Shown here: positions 12,058 to 26,950 of the stretch, in pieces
How the letters are laid out: each line of letters opens with the position of its first letter
Numbering within the stretch: position 1 is the first letter of the stretch
Origin: Octopus bimaculoides
Lineage: Eukaryota
Direction: 5' to 3'
Assembly: GCF_001194135.2 (NCBI RefSeq)
Contig: NC_068998.1
Span: 55,106,035 to 55,161,936 of the forward strand
Length of the DNA: 55,902 bases
Made by a program: the position numbers and the translations under genes
Notes under the pieces: model-generated
Seen by the model: only the letters and a program-made list of their open reading frames with translations
Told to the model about the DNA's origin: nothing
The model's database searches: none

Positions 12058-15000
12058 GTAAGTAAACCTCAAATGCATTCTTGAAACTCAGAACACAACT
12101 ATTTTGATGTTTAATAAACAATAATTAACTGTATTAGGATTTTCTTTTAATTCTCCTTTTGTACACTGCCCAAGAGATCCTATGTAGTTGCTCAACCTGC
12201 TAAAAATATCACCTAAATCTCCCTCATATTATATGCCATCTTTAAAAAGATGTTGGACAATGCAGTTCTAGATAAATGAAAATAGCACATTTAATTATAG
12301 GTCTGCTGAATTTGAATTCTTCATCTGGGGCTCAACTACTAAAAATTAATTTAGTTTAGCAAGAAATCCCAATTGCCATATGATTTATATCTGAACAACT
12401 ATAGTATGTATACTTTTATCTAGATATGTGTGTATAATGATGAAAAGTTTTTACAGATGAAACAATTTGAAATATTTCCATTTCAGTTGGTTTGATCTTT
12501 GATTAGTCTTGCGGTGTCTTTTTACTGTTCGGATGAGATTCAAACGAGCGACACAAGTTGTCATCAACACTTTTAACCAGCTGACACATTTGTTCTGTGT
12601 ACTGAATATATGGGGTGTACATAGCAAAGTCTACTCACTTTGATTAAGCATTGTGTTCAATGGTTCAACACTGGATAGCAGCATATAGGAATATATTGCC
12701 TTAAGTCTTTTATTACCAAATCTCTGCCAAATTAAATTGCCTTTCATCATCATTTAACATCTGTTTTCCATGCTGGCATCATTGGCTGAACAGTTTGACA
12801 GGTGCTGGTAAGGCCAAGAGCCATACAAGAAGGCTCCGGTCATCTGTTTTGGCATGGTTTCTATGGCTGGATACTCTTCCTGATGCTAACCACTTTACAG
12901 AGTGTACAAAGAGTGCTTTTGACATGGCACCAGCACTAGTAACAGGGTCATCAAGTAACATGCAAGACAAAATCCCTCAACTGGGAGTGGGGAGTAGTAT
13001 TGAAGGGGATGGGCTTTGTGCCAATTGATGAGAGACAACGTGTAGTGGGACAGGAATGGGTGCTTTGCTGTAGAGCAGGTCCATGGATACCCCGATTGGA
13101 AAAGAAGGGAGGGTAAGTTAGAGTGTACGATAAAGTGAGCAGGTGAGTCAGTAAAATAAAGAGAGAGAGAGACGGTGTCAAGACAGGTGACTGGAAAAGT
13201 CGAGTATGAAATATCGAGGTGGCTCAGGAGCAGGGGTTTGCAGTAGATTTGCAAGAGCATTGAGGGTGAGGTGTTAACAACACAGCAGGGATGAAGAATT
13301 TAGTAAAATTGGTCATCGTTAAGCTGGTGTTCAGAACATAAACTAACATGAAATTTTGATGGAAGGTTTTAATTTAGATTATTTCAAAAAACTAAAAGCT
13401 GATATCATGGAACCAGGAACCATGGTGGTCTTAGGTGAGTTGGTATCAAAAGGGTATATATATTTCATTTTAATTACACATGATCGATTAAATCTTTAAT
13501 ATAACTGTACATATAAGAGTCTGGGTGTAAATTGTAATATGGCACAAGATGGTTTTGGTCTTGTGATCAGTGTCTTTACCTTTTTCTTACATCCCTCAGG
13601 GCTTAGACAAAATCTAAGTATAGACACTCACTTTTTAACAAATGATGGATTTCTCTCTCTACTCTCTATTTTCTATTAAATTTAGGAAGTTATTTGCCTG
13701 GATTGAATCTATCACATTTATTTAATTTGGTTTCCTTTCTTTTAAGAAGTTATACTAGAATGTTGTTTTTTGTCTTCGCATTCTGGAAAAACAAAAATTC
13801 TGGCCTGTGAGACTAACTACATTGAAAGGTGAGGTCACATTGTTGCCTAAAATGTGGCCTAAAAGAAAGACAACCTTGAGCTTCTTCATTTAGTTTTGTT
13901 TGACTAAGTACAAGGCTAGATTTTATAGATGTGTATACTTGATTAATTTGATGAACTCAAGTCGGATGAAAAGCAGCTTTTTGCAGGTGGGATTTGAACT
14001 AGGAACTTGGAGAGTGATTTAATTTTCCAGTTCTTCAAACTCATTGCTATTAATAGTGGTGCAAGGCCATAGATTTGTTTAGTTGAATTGATCTCAGTAT
14101 ATTACTTGTTTATTTTACTGATAGGAGGAGGAATGAAAGGCAAGCCGGTCCTATTGGTATTTGATATTGAACTCGGAGATGAAACTTAATACTTAAGACA
14201 TTTAGTCTACCACATTTTTGTTAGTCCGTTGCCTACTCACATAACATCTACTTGCTACTTTATATTCTATTGGTTTCAGCTTAATCTATATGGTCAGGCT
14301 TGGAGGGAAAAGAAAACACATTTAAATATCTCAGTATATTAAACAATTCTTTTTCAAATGGTTTAATATGTCATGTTATATATATATAAAAAATCATATG
14401 GTATTATTACATGTTTCATTATTTATAGAAGTTTCTGATTAAGGAAGGAAAATCTGTTTACATTTAAGTTTTTAGCTCTTATTACTAACAAGCACAATTT
14501 GATGAAAGGATAATGGACTTTTGTTGGCAAGAGACAGAATTTTAGCTTTACTTAGCCAAGAGATTAGGCAGTTCATTTTCATGTGTGAGGAGAGTTAGGA
14601 ATTCTTTTAAAACACAAGAGGGTGCTTTCAGAGCAATCAGAATGTCGTTGGTGAAATTCATGTTCATGACAACACCATTTTCTCATAGTAGCAGTGAAAA
14701 GTGTGATGCATGAAGTGTCACTAAGATGTTGTTGAACAAGAAATATGAAGAGGATACTGAGTCTGTTTGTTGAACTAGGCAAAAGGATAACTGAAGAGGT
14801 TAATATAGGCAATTGAAATCTAAAATAAAGATTAAATGTGTGGCCCACTCAGGTATACTTGTTAAAATGCTAAAAGCACCTGGTTCTGTTGATATTAGTC
14901 GTTACTTTAGTTAATCAAGTTCTTGGTTAGCTCCAGGCCTGCCTTCATTGAACAGAGCTAAAATCAAAAGCTTTCCACCCATGATTATCTTGTCTCCAGA

Positions 15001-15195
15001 CAAAGTGTGGTTTGGGCTACTTTTTAAGATGTTAGAATAAATTTGGTTGCTATTTCTAGTGGGTTAGGTTACATTCAGATTCTCACATTGTATGCAAGGA
15101 TGTGTCATTATGAATTGCTTCCAGAGATCTCAAATAAATGGGTAGAATTACTAAACATAGCCAAATTGATGCAAATCAAAATGGGCAAAATGACA

Positions 15196-15318
15196 TTTAG
15201 GTCTGAAGCAGGAGATGGAACTATAGATACCATATTTATAATGAGAAGGCTTCAAAAGAAATTCTTAAGAACATATAACTTTACCTTTATTGACATGCAT
15301 AAAATTTTTGATACTCTT
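15196..15318 (+). mobile_element. Reverse transcriptase remnant (LINE)
   Basis: FRSEAGDGTIDTIFIMRRLQKKF...FTFIDMHKIFDTL resembles the GFRxxRGTxDxIF...FIDxxKAFD motif of non-LTR RT. Confidence 0.7.
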
Positions 15319-18300
15319 CTACAAAGAACAACTGTAGCTTTTCCAGATTCTATTTAGCTCCAGGTATTCTCTTGAGGAACCTGTGATGATCTTCCAGTCA
15401 TGACCACCCTGTCTTCTAGTCAAGCATATTGTATCTCAGGTTGACAAAAGATTGTTGTATGTCAAGGCAAATATTATAACAACGGTGATAGATGGAGAGA
15501 AAAATAGAAACTGAGTGAAAGATGCCACCATTCATCTAAATGAGCTTTCTTGTAATTAGGTTTTGATCTTTGCCTTAATTTCAATTACATTAGTAACGCT
15601 TTTGAATTCTAGTATTTAACATAAATATTAGAGTGTCTCCCAAAATACCAGCTCACAATAACTCAACAGCATTTCTCATTAGTTGCTCCTAATGAATTTT
15701 TAGTTATCTGAATGAATGGATGGAATTGTCTGGTGAAATCTGACTTTAAGTGGCCACCTTGTGGAATATCCACATCCACAAGGCATTCTCAACACTTTAA
15801 GAGAGCTGGTTTGTTGTTACATTCTCCAAACAGGAACAGTTGAAAATAGTTTTCATTTATGACTCAGTCGGTTGCTATTTTATTATAGATTAAATGTTCT
15901 ACACAAACTGTCAAACTCATATCTGGATGTCCATTAGACCGTCTACACTTTTTAGTCTTGACCATCTACACTGTTGGCCTATTCTACAGGCTGCCACTGA
16001 CCAAATTTCATTCATATGTCTTTGGTCAATTCAGGACCATAATAGAAAAAACTTGCCCAAGATTCCATGTAGTAGGGACTCTGTGGTTATGAAGTACAAA
16101 CAAAAAATTTACAGCTATGATGAGCAAAGAAACCGTCTTTGGTGGAATTTACTTAGAGAATTATTTGATGTGTTAGATGAAATGTTATTCTTAAATAATT
16201 AGTCTCTAACTGTAGAACAATAGTGGCAGTCAATTATTTCTTTAAATATGCAGAAAGAAATCTAATTGTTGACCATAGAATTAACCTCAACTACCCTTCT
16301 TTCTCCTCCTCCTCCTCCTCCATTGTTTCTCTGTTGTAACAACATTCATCTTAAAGCAACAGCTAACATTGTATTGTGGTAATGCCAAATATTTACAAAC
16401 TGTTCTAACTCCCACCTTTCTTTCCCTTCATATCCACTTTTGTATTTTTTTTTCTTCTTCTCTCCCTCCCTCTCTCTCTCTCATTAGACCTCCCTCTACC
16501 TCCCTCCCTCCCTGCCTCATTATATAGTGTAAATACATGCACACAGAACACATGCATGAGTGAGTTCAATATATATACTAGAATTATGTGCTTGTTTGCA
16601 CTCTAGCTGACAATAGTCCAACAGTATTTTCATTCTGCCATCACCACTAGAATTATTAATCAAACCAGAGCATCTCTCAATACAAAACTTATGAATGATA
16701 AAACGTTAATAAATTCCAATCCTTTTCTATGAATTTTTCTCTCTTTCTCTTTTGACCACTTTTATATGTGAAGGTGAAATTGTTTCATTTTAGAAATATT
16801 GAAATTTAATGAAGCGTTAACACTCTCCACTATAAAAAAAAAATGGATTGCTAAAGGGTTTTCTTTTTCCTCCAAAGGTTCTTTATTATATTTGTATACG
16901 TTATAAACCAGTTTCATTCTCTGTTCACTGGCAGGTTTTACTTACTCGATACAGCATCTAGTAATCATTGCTTTTAAACTAAATTCCCTATTTTTGCCTC
17001 ACAATATCTATTATTCGGGATATTAACAAACTTCAAGAAGCAATATAAATCGGCTGCTATTTAGACTATTGACTTCCTTTTTTTTAAGAACAAAAATCCT
17101 TGTCGAATCAATAAATCAGTGTTGTTACATAAGATCCGTGTTTCTCACAGGAAGTGGTGGGGGTAGAGCTGTGTGGATTTCAAAAAAGAAACAAAAAGGA
17201 TAAACAATTTGCCATATTTAATACAAATTAAAATTGTTTCAACTTAAATTTGTCCAACACCTTGACACACCAAAAATTAGATGAGCGTAAAGTTTAATTT
17301 ATTGTTAATAAAGAGGAGGGGGCCAGCGGGGGGATGTGAAGTAATTACTCTCAACCCTAAATGTGTTTCTGCAGTAAATTTTGGTTTCATTGTTACATCA
17401 GAAGAAATTATCATTGGTCACTCAATGGACAGTATTTTGTCTAAACAGGACTCTATTATACAAATATTTTGATTTTTGCAATAAATTTTACCTGTTATCT
17501 TGGTAAATGAGTTTTTTTACCTTCATTCAGCAAACCATTTTCTCATATCAGCAACAATTGGATGGGTTCTGAAAAGTAATTTTATTTCATAAATATCTTT
17601 TCAACTTATTAAATCATTTGTAATTGAGGGGTATTTTGTTATGTTTTGTATCTTTTTGTCACTGTATTTTTGTTGAAATTCATAGTATTTGTTTCATTTA
17701 ATTTTGAAAATAGATAAGGAATTTATTAAAATAACTTTGTCATTATTAAACTGATATTTGGAACACAAATTAGTATGAAATTCTTATGGCAATTTTAATC
17801 CCAGATAATTTTAAAACAGGGAGTTTGTATCATTCAAATCAGAGACAGTTTCAAGTAGTTTAGTATGAGTTAAAGGGTTAAAGCATCCTGTCCATTCCTA
17901 CTTGTGACTACTTTTAATTTTATACAAATTGTAAAACATTCCTTGCTGATTGTTAATCATCTAAACTGGCACTGACAGTAGTTTCAACATGAAATTTTGA
18001 ATTTCAAACAAATTCTGCTTTGAAAGTATTCACTAATGGCTTCAGATGTGATTTTGTTTGTTTCTAATGGCGGTGGTGATAGTTGATTGCATCAAATAGG
18101 AAAAGATGAAAGGCAAAGTTTAACTGAGAATATAAAGAGCCAGAATAAATGTCACAGGACACTTTTTTTTTTTTTTGTCCTTCTAGTTCTCTTCCAATTC
18201 TGACATTCTGCAATGAAACTGATTTATTTCCTTACAATATTTTTGAGGTTTTTTTGGTGCTTTTTAAAATCTGATATTCTCCAAGTTATCTGACATTGTT

Positions 18301-19168
18301 TTATTTACATTAACTATTACTATAATGTTGTTTAATTAAATATTCTGCATATTGACCTGAGTTTAAAAGAAATTTGTCCTTATTGGCATGATTGAACAGG
18401 TTTCTCGATGCTATATTCTCCTCTATATCCTTAAGAGCTGATATAAAATCTTGCTAACAGAAAGAAACTATCTATAGTTTGTGATCATTGAGCTATCAAA
18501 CAGTTTCATGATTGATGTCACATAAATCATTATATTTACTGATACAGTTGATACACTGCTGTTTCATAGTCATCGTTCTTTCAGCCTAGTAGTGTTTGGA
18601 CAAACTTTTCAAACCAGATATCTTTTCTTTTCTATCAAGATCGTATTTGTTTTATGCTATTCAAATATATTTATCACTGCCTGGGTTAAATCGATTCTTA
18701 TCTCTTGTCAAAATACCTACACTCCTTGCTCACGGATACTTTCACTTTCCCGTTTTCTGCAAATAATCTTTGGATATAAGATCATTTCAGGGTTACTTAC
18801 ATTACTCTACTAATTACTGTAAACACAATCACTGTAATTGTCAATCACTTTATTTCCTATACTAATTATGTAATTACTTAAAATAGGAAATGATTATAGA
18901 TGCAACACATATTAAACAATACTTTTATTACTCCAAGATTTTAAAAATTCATAGAAAGAAATTTTAGAATTTGGAAATTTCCTTTCCTTTACCCTAAATG
19001 TTTGGAACTCGGTTTTCCTAATTATACTTTCTAAAATAATTTTTCAACTTCATATTTAAAGACATTTCTTTTGGTATCATCAAAGACTTTTTTTTTTTGT
19101 TTTGTTTCATTGTTTCAGTTAGTATATTTTGCTTTCTTGGATTCTAAGATATTTCATTACTTTTGCAG

Positions 19169-19323
19169 GAAAATGCTGAATTCATAAATTCAATAGATGC
19201 CGATTCAGCTGATACTTTTGATCAGTCACATGTTGATGCAATAAAGTCTCTCTGGACAGATGAAGGAATGCAGGAGTGTTATGATAGACGAAGAGAATAC
19301 CAACTTACAGATTCAGCTAAATA
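19169..19323 (+). CDS. GNAQ: Galpha-q exon 3 (155 nt): helical domain
   Basis: Acceptor ttttgcag|GAA; encodes [51 protein letters not shown]; donor TA|gtaaga. Confidence 0.97.
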
Positions 19324-20351
19324 GTAAGAAATTTTTTTGTTTTTTGTTTTAGCATTTTATTATTTAAATGTATTCTAAGTATTTTGAAGTCATTTTAGTG
19401 TTTTATCCGACAAAACTTTGTTGTTTAATGAATTTTTAAAAACAAAAAATTTAAACTGGAAAATTTTGTTCTTGGTTTTGCATTTACTGTTTAGAGAATA
19501 TCTTCATTCTTTCTCAAGTGTGATTGAAATTACTCTAGGAACTGTTCATTTTTGTACTGGATTTCTGACTAGCAAATGTGGAACTGGAGTAAATGAATGT
19601 TAAATGATGATACCATTGAGGCAAAGTGTTCTGATGGAAGACTTCACTTTCTATGTCAAAATCCTTGTTAAAGTTAAGCCCTTCTCTTTCAAGTTGTAGC
19701 AACAATAGGAGTTGAACTAACAAAACAGTCATTGATTTTCTGGCAGTACTCCAATTTACAACAGTGAGTTGTTCGTACTGTACAGTAATTAGTTATAGTT
19801 AGTAGACTGTATAGTAATTAGATACAGCTCATAGATTTGACTGTTGGATAGTTAAGTGTTTTTTGTATTGGAGACAGAATTCAGATCTGATGATAGGGGA
19901 CAAACAACTGAACCTGTTAGCTGGTTGTCAAGTTTCTTATTGATTCAGTCAACTCTACTTTCATGGGAAGCATACCAATTATTCTAAGCATTTACACTGC
20001 TTCAGACAGAGCAGCATGGGGGGGGGGGGGATCTCTGAGTAAAAAAAAACTGAGTTCTACATATTTACAAGATTGGATATTTGAGAGAAGTCTTTTAATG
20101 TTCCTTTATTTTACTGCCAAGTAAATTGAGGAATTATCATCATTTGACATCCAGTTTTCCATGCTTGCATTACTTGGACAGAATTTGTTGAAGCAGATTT
20201 CTGTGATGAGATACTGCCCACGTTGCCAACCCTCAACTCTTTCCAAGCAAGACATGCTTTTTGTGGAAGACTGGAAACTAACAACACCACTTGTCTGGTG
20301 GTGAGGATCATTTACAATGATTACATGATGTCTAAATGAAGTACACACAAA

Positions 20352-20512
20352 CAGGCTTCCTTCAGTTTTCACCTACCACAGCCACTCACAAGGCTTTGGT
20401 TGGCCTGGGGCTATAGTAGTAGAAGATACTTCCCTTAGGTGCTGTACAGTGGAACTGAACCAGAAACCACATGGTTGGGAAGTAAGCTTCTTAACCATAC
20501 AGCCACACTTGC
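20352..20512 (-). mobile_element. tRNA-head-like SINE family copy
   Basis: Reverse complement gcaagtgtggctgtatggttaagaagcttacttcccaaccatgtggtttctggttcagttccact has A/B-box-like motifs; same family as 10454 and 52898. Confidence 0.75.
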
Positions 20513-21579
20513 ATCAACAGAATGAAAAATTTAAAGCATCTTGATTGGAGATGCAACATTCTTCCTTTGTGCTGTTCACTCGTATCAATATTACTATCTG
20601 GTGCATGACTGTTTCACCACCCTGTACATCTCCATTTGTCCATCCATGCATCCATCTTGAACAACTATTCTTGGGAGGGTTAGGGTTAGGGTTAGAGTCC
20701 TCAGGTACCTCCTTCATGAAGTCATTAGACTTTCCAGCTGGATTCCCAACTTGGACCAACTGAGACTATGCATATTATCCACCTATTTCGTTCTTGGTCT
20801 ACCCCAAGATCTCCTCTGACTGTTGGCCTGGCTTGAAGAATCCACCTTGCATTTCTTTCCTCTGACATTCTAATCATGCCTGTAATATTGGAGCTGTGGC
20901 CTCAATGCAGAGAAGTAAGGGTTCCACATAGTCTCCCTGATTTCTGAGCAGTTCACCCTGTCATGTAAGGTTACTCCAGAGGAACCCCATTTTTGTCGCT
21001 CATATTCTTTGTCATTTTCCCACATTCATCACCAAAAGTGAGGATAAGCACTTTGAAAGTTTCTAAGCCTACATCTATCTCATGCTAGTCTCTCGATTTT
21101 TCTTTGGATTAAACTCAGATTCCTGTATGAGATTAACCAATGTCCATTAATCACAAAGCTCAACTGAGAAAGTTATCATGGAAGAAAAGAAGTTTCTCAT
21201 GATTTACTTACTATGAAATTTTAAACTTATATTTTACCATATTCGAACAAAGAAATTTCATTTGACTGTTTCCCCCCCCCCCCNNNNNNNNNNNNCCCAC
21301 TCTCTTTGTTTCAGAACTCTTAAAAAAAAAAATCTAACCCCAAAACAATGCAAAATTTAAATTTATCTTAATCTACTGAGTTGGAAAATGATGATTACTT
21401 GACCTAATAATAATAATATTGGATCAAATGTTTTAATTTGCATACCCATTGGATATTAACCACATTTGAAAATGAAAAAAAAAGTGAGTTTATTCATTTT
21501 ATGTAAATTCGTGTGAAACTCGTCTTAAATTTTATTGAATTTTGTTTTCAAACCATTCCTAATGTTTCTTTCTTTCCAG

Positions 21580-21708
21580 TTACCTAGATGATATTGATCG
21601 TATCCATGAACCTGGGTATATCCCAACATTACAAGATATTCTTCGAGTGCGAGTACCGACAACTGGTATTATAGAATATCCTTTTGATTTGGATAGTATA
21701 ATTTTTAG
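21580..21708 (+). CDS. GNAQ: Galpha-q exon 4 (129 nt): Switch I with catalytic Arg
   Basis: Acceptor tttccag|T TAC; encodes [42 protein letters not shown]; donor AG|gtgagt. Confidence 0.97.
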
Positions 21709-23522
21709 GTGAGTTACTAATTAGTGACATTCATTTGGTTGCATTTCACTTCTTTTCTTTAGATCCTTGCTGGTTGGGGCTTCTTCATACAGTTGGAATT
21801 TATCTTTTTGTGATTAAATTAAAATTAAGAAAATTGGTCCCCATTTATTTATTTTTCTTAAATTTATTAACACTTAGAACAAAAATTGTATACAAAAGAC
21901 TGATACTTTGGCATAAAACTGTCTTCTATATTTAGTGTAAGGTGTCTCTCTTTTACGTGGATGTTAAAAGTTGGTGCCACAAATTTAAGATTATTTATTT
22001 GAGCTGGAGGAGCCTCTTTGTTGACACTGCAAGAAATTGCAGCCAAATCTCCCTAGAATTAAATCATCCACCTTAAAAAAAGAAGAATTGAATAATTCAG
22101 TTCAGATCAAGCCAAGAAAAAAAAAGAAAAAAATGGCAAAGCCATGACTGGAATACCTTTTAATCATATGTCTGGTCAGTCATTACTATCTTGTGACTAA
22201 ACAATAACAAGGTTTTATTGTTGCAATAATATAGGTATGACAGATTGTTTCTGATCATAAACAAAAGAATCTGAAACTTTGTGTCGTTTTTGCCGTATTG
22301 CTCTTCATCTCTAGCTCCAACTATATTCTAATAAATATAATCTGCTAAACTTGTCATATTTACTCAGCTGTTGATGATAAATGTAATGAACAAATTACAC
22401 AGCCTTTAATTTACTTGAGATGTGCCTATTGTAATTACACAATTCAAACCAGCATTTTATCCTCATTTAATGCCCACTTTCCATGCGGGCATTGGTTGGA
22501 TGGTCTGACATGGAACTGCATCAAGCTTCAGTGTCTCAGTTTTGGTATGGTTTCTATGGTTAGAGGCCAACCATTTTACAGAGTGCACTGGGTGCTTTTT
22601 TCTTGCCACCCGCACTAGTGAGGTTGTCATGTAACTTGCCAGACAAAATAAAAGGGGGGAAAAAAGCTTCCACTACTAAGAGGAAGGGAAAGATGGAGAC
22701 GGGGGTGGGTTTTTGCCAGGTGTTGGAATATGAAAGAGAGACAAGCATAGGTGTGTCTTGCTATAAGACTGAAGGGGATAAGAGGAAGGTGGTGATGGGG
22801 GTGTTTGAACAAACTCAATAAACAAGAAGGCAAGCATAAGAGAGGGAAGGGATGAAAATGGATGCTTTCATCAGAGTGTGAGGGATGAGTGAATAAAAAA
22901 GGGGACGGTAGAAGTTAATGTTGCTGGGGTGCAAATGCTTTAACAATTTAGTTTATCTGGTTGCAGACATTGCAGTCTCTTATATCATAGAATTTCTTAG
23001 TAAGAGGCCTTTGCACTGGTTTTCTATTATTTCTTTTCTAAAACTTTAAAACTGAGTTGCAGTTTTTGGCTCACTGGGAACCTGGGTTTTCTTCTCTTGT
23101 ACTAATAATAATAATAATAATAATACGGTTAGTGTCAAACTAGTGAGAGGGAGCTCAGCACTAAACTAATAGAACATTCTAAACATTCTCAAAATTTTGT
23201 TCTGCTTCCTCATTGCACCTATTTATAACCGTTTATTAAGTGAAGCACTTTAACATTTCAATCCTCTTGGTGTGGCCATCCTAACTCATTAAATGTATGT
23301 TATTAGACACCAAAGCTGCTAATTGCAGACTATGGCTTATATAGTTTAGTAGTTTATTTTAGTTGTCATTTAACCCCGAGTTAGTTCTGATTGAGCCAGC
23401 CTAATTAATGCAGCTGCTTGTTTTGTTCAAAAGTTAGTTTTTATCTAATATCTTTAATCAGTCTTCTTCTTAAGAAAAAGTTGACTGAGGATTTTCTGAT
23501 GACTTTTGGCTTATGCATCCAG

Positions 23523-23557
<35 letters not shown>

Positions 23558-23933
23558 AAAGTGTGTCACATAGGTTGACATTGTTTATTGAGGAGAAAGT
23601 TATCAACCCTCACTTTCTCACTCTACATCCACATATAGACATACAATAGAAACATACTGTTACATACACTGAGATACACAGACACTACTATAAATATATA
23701 GGGAGACGCACACACGTAAGGTTTTTCATTGATATGTCTCTCGGAAATCTTGAATTCCTGGAATAGTTGTCAGCTTTAATAACAGAGCGTGTGTGCGCAC
23801 ATGCATGCATGCATAGAAAAATACATACACTGATGCAGAGGCACTGGACAATGTTTCATGGGATACAGTAAGAGGGTTTATCAGACTTTTTTCTCTGAAT
23901 AAAGAGAAATAAGATAAGCTCTCTCTCTCTCTT

Positions 23934-23980
<47 letters not shown>

Positions 23981-25056
23981 NNNNNNNNNNNNNNNNNNNN
24001 NNNNNNNNNNNNNNNNNNNNNNNNNNNCTCTCTCTCTCTCTCTCTCTCTCTCTCCTTTTTTTTTTTCTTTTTTTTTTGTGTATTGATTGTTCTGGGAGAC
24101 AAGGCTTTGATCATGGCTTGAGCAGGCCCTCCAAGACTAGTGAAGTCAATATTCTTCTTGAAGAATTAAAAGTAAACAACTACAAGAAAGATCCATGCAG
24201 TGAGAGAATTGGCAGAGGGCTGACGACATTGTGAGGAAGGTGGATTGGACAAGAGAGGAAGGGTGTGGACACAGTATATACGACAGGAAGTGGTGGGGGG
24301 AGACAAGTGAGTCAGAAACACAGGCCACTGGTGGTGGTTGTAGAAAAGGCAAAGAGTAGAGTTTGGTATGTCTTGCAAGATAATTACTACAGTAAGGTAA
24401 TAATAGAATCAACAGATATAAGGTTATTGCACAAACTTCATATGAATGCAGTTTTTGTGGTGAGCACTGTAGAAATTAGCTTTCACCAACACAATTCAGT
24501 TTTTGAGTTTTAGTTGAAAGTATTTAACTTCACTTTTGCCATTTTATGGCCTTTAAAAATAAATGTCACAATTCTCTTCCTCTTCCCCATAAATTTGGAA
24601 CCATCGACAATAATATTTTATTCTGCTGTTAGACATGATTCACTAAAGATTCCCTAACTTTTTGGTGTCAGTGTTTGCATTTCAGAAAAATGACTGTTTT
24701 TCAGTGTAAATCCACCTGAAACTGCTTTTTTTTTTTGATACCAAATTTCTTACTTTTAAATTTGTCATTTATAAAATTAAAACCTTCCATTAATAAGAAG
24801 CTTTTGTTGAGTTCCTTCCAAACACCAACTTATTAATAAAATAGTTATCTTAATAATAAATCCCTCCAAATTTATTAGATCACACTTTTATATAAAGTAA
24901 AACCTCAATGAGGAAATATGATTTACAAATAAGAAATTGAATGTTTTGGTAAAATCATTCAGTTAATAACAATGTGGAATGGTCTACGTTGGAATACATT
25001 TTTTTGATGTGCTTAATTTCAAACCAAAAACAAACAAAAGTTGTACATGGCTTTAA

Positions 25057-25510
<454 letters not shown>

Positions 25511-26694
25511 GTCTGCACATATTCACACAGCTTGTATGATGCAGCTCTTGGCACAGACCCTGTGAATTGTTTGATGCTAACACAAAGAGAAAGGTATTTG
25601 ACTTGAAGAAATTGAGATAAGTTTCTAATTACAAATTTGGTTTCTCAACATAAGACTGCTTGATATCAACCATGTCCCATTAATGGTTTTAAATGTCCCT
25701 GTAGATGAAAGCAGACATGGACACCTGCTTGCCTTTCCATTGTTTGAACCTGCAGAACATTCAGGCTGTGATAGTTGGAGAGGGGGGGGGGCACCAACAT
25801 TAGGCTGATACTTTAACCATTGACCCTGAAAGGATGAAAGTCAAAGTTGGCCTTCATAGGATTTGAACTCTGTTGTGATATTGCAGTGTATTCTGGCAGT
25901 TGCCTTCTGATAAAATATATACAAAATTTAGTTTGGTACATTTTCATTTATTTTGTTAAGACTTTTGAGAAATGCTGCACAAATGTAATCATCCTCAGTT
26001 CCCCTTCAGTAAAACGTCATCATCGTTTGTTGATATTTAATTTTTGGTCTTTACATTTCAGTAGGCAATGAGGAGGTTGTCTGTAATCCATCACATTATT
26101 TGCTGAGCTCTTGGGGATCTTTAGCAGAATCCACTCTATAAAAAAAAAAGAATTCTAGCCTGAGGATAGTCTCCTCCTCCTCCTCCATTCTACCCACCAA
26201 TATAGGAGTTTCTAAGAATGATCATGGGTATTGCACTTCCTCCTCAGACCAAACCATAAAAGCAAATTTAAAAAAAAAAAAATGAGTTGGCCACTGTATT
26301 GTTTGTGGTACTTTTTTGCTTTGTATTTTAATCTGTCTAGGGTTGATAATATTGCTTTGTGTGCTTCATACATAAAAAAAATATAAGTTTACAGCCATAT
26401 GGGTTTGATTTGCAATGAATCACTTGGTTCAGAGTTCGGTCTTACTGCATGGCACTTTGAGCAAATTAAAACTTTGGGTGAGTGAAATTTGGTTAACAAA
26501 AACTAAACAGAAACCCTTCAGGTGTCTATAATTTGTAGTATTTGAACTCCTTTTTCAATTGATATGTTTTCTGTTTATCACCATTTTAAGGAGAAAATAG
26601 AAAATTTAATTTTTCTTAATTATCCATTAGATTTTGACACGTAACTATTGCTCCTTGTTTTGAAAACAAACAAAAAAAAATGAAGACTTTGTGA

Positions 26695-26950
<256 letters not shown>

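Noticed and set aside
26071-26077. Possible 3-nt microexon (ag GAG gt) that would turn ESDNE-NRM into ESDNEENRM, a variant I recall from a squid Gq
   Set aside because: GAG is a poor acceptor, the donor gttgtc is weak, stronger AGs lie just upstream, and my recollection of the variant is unverified.
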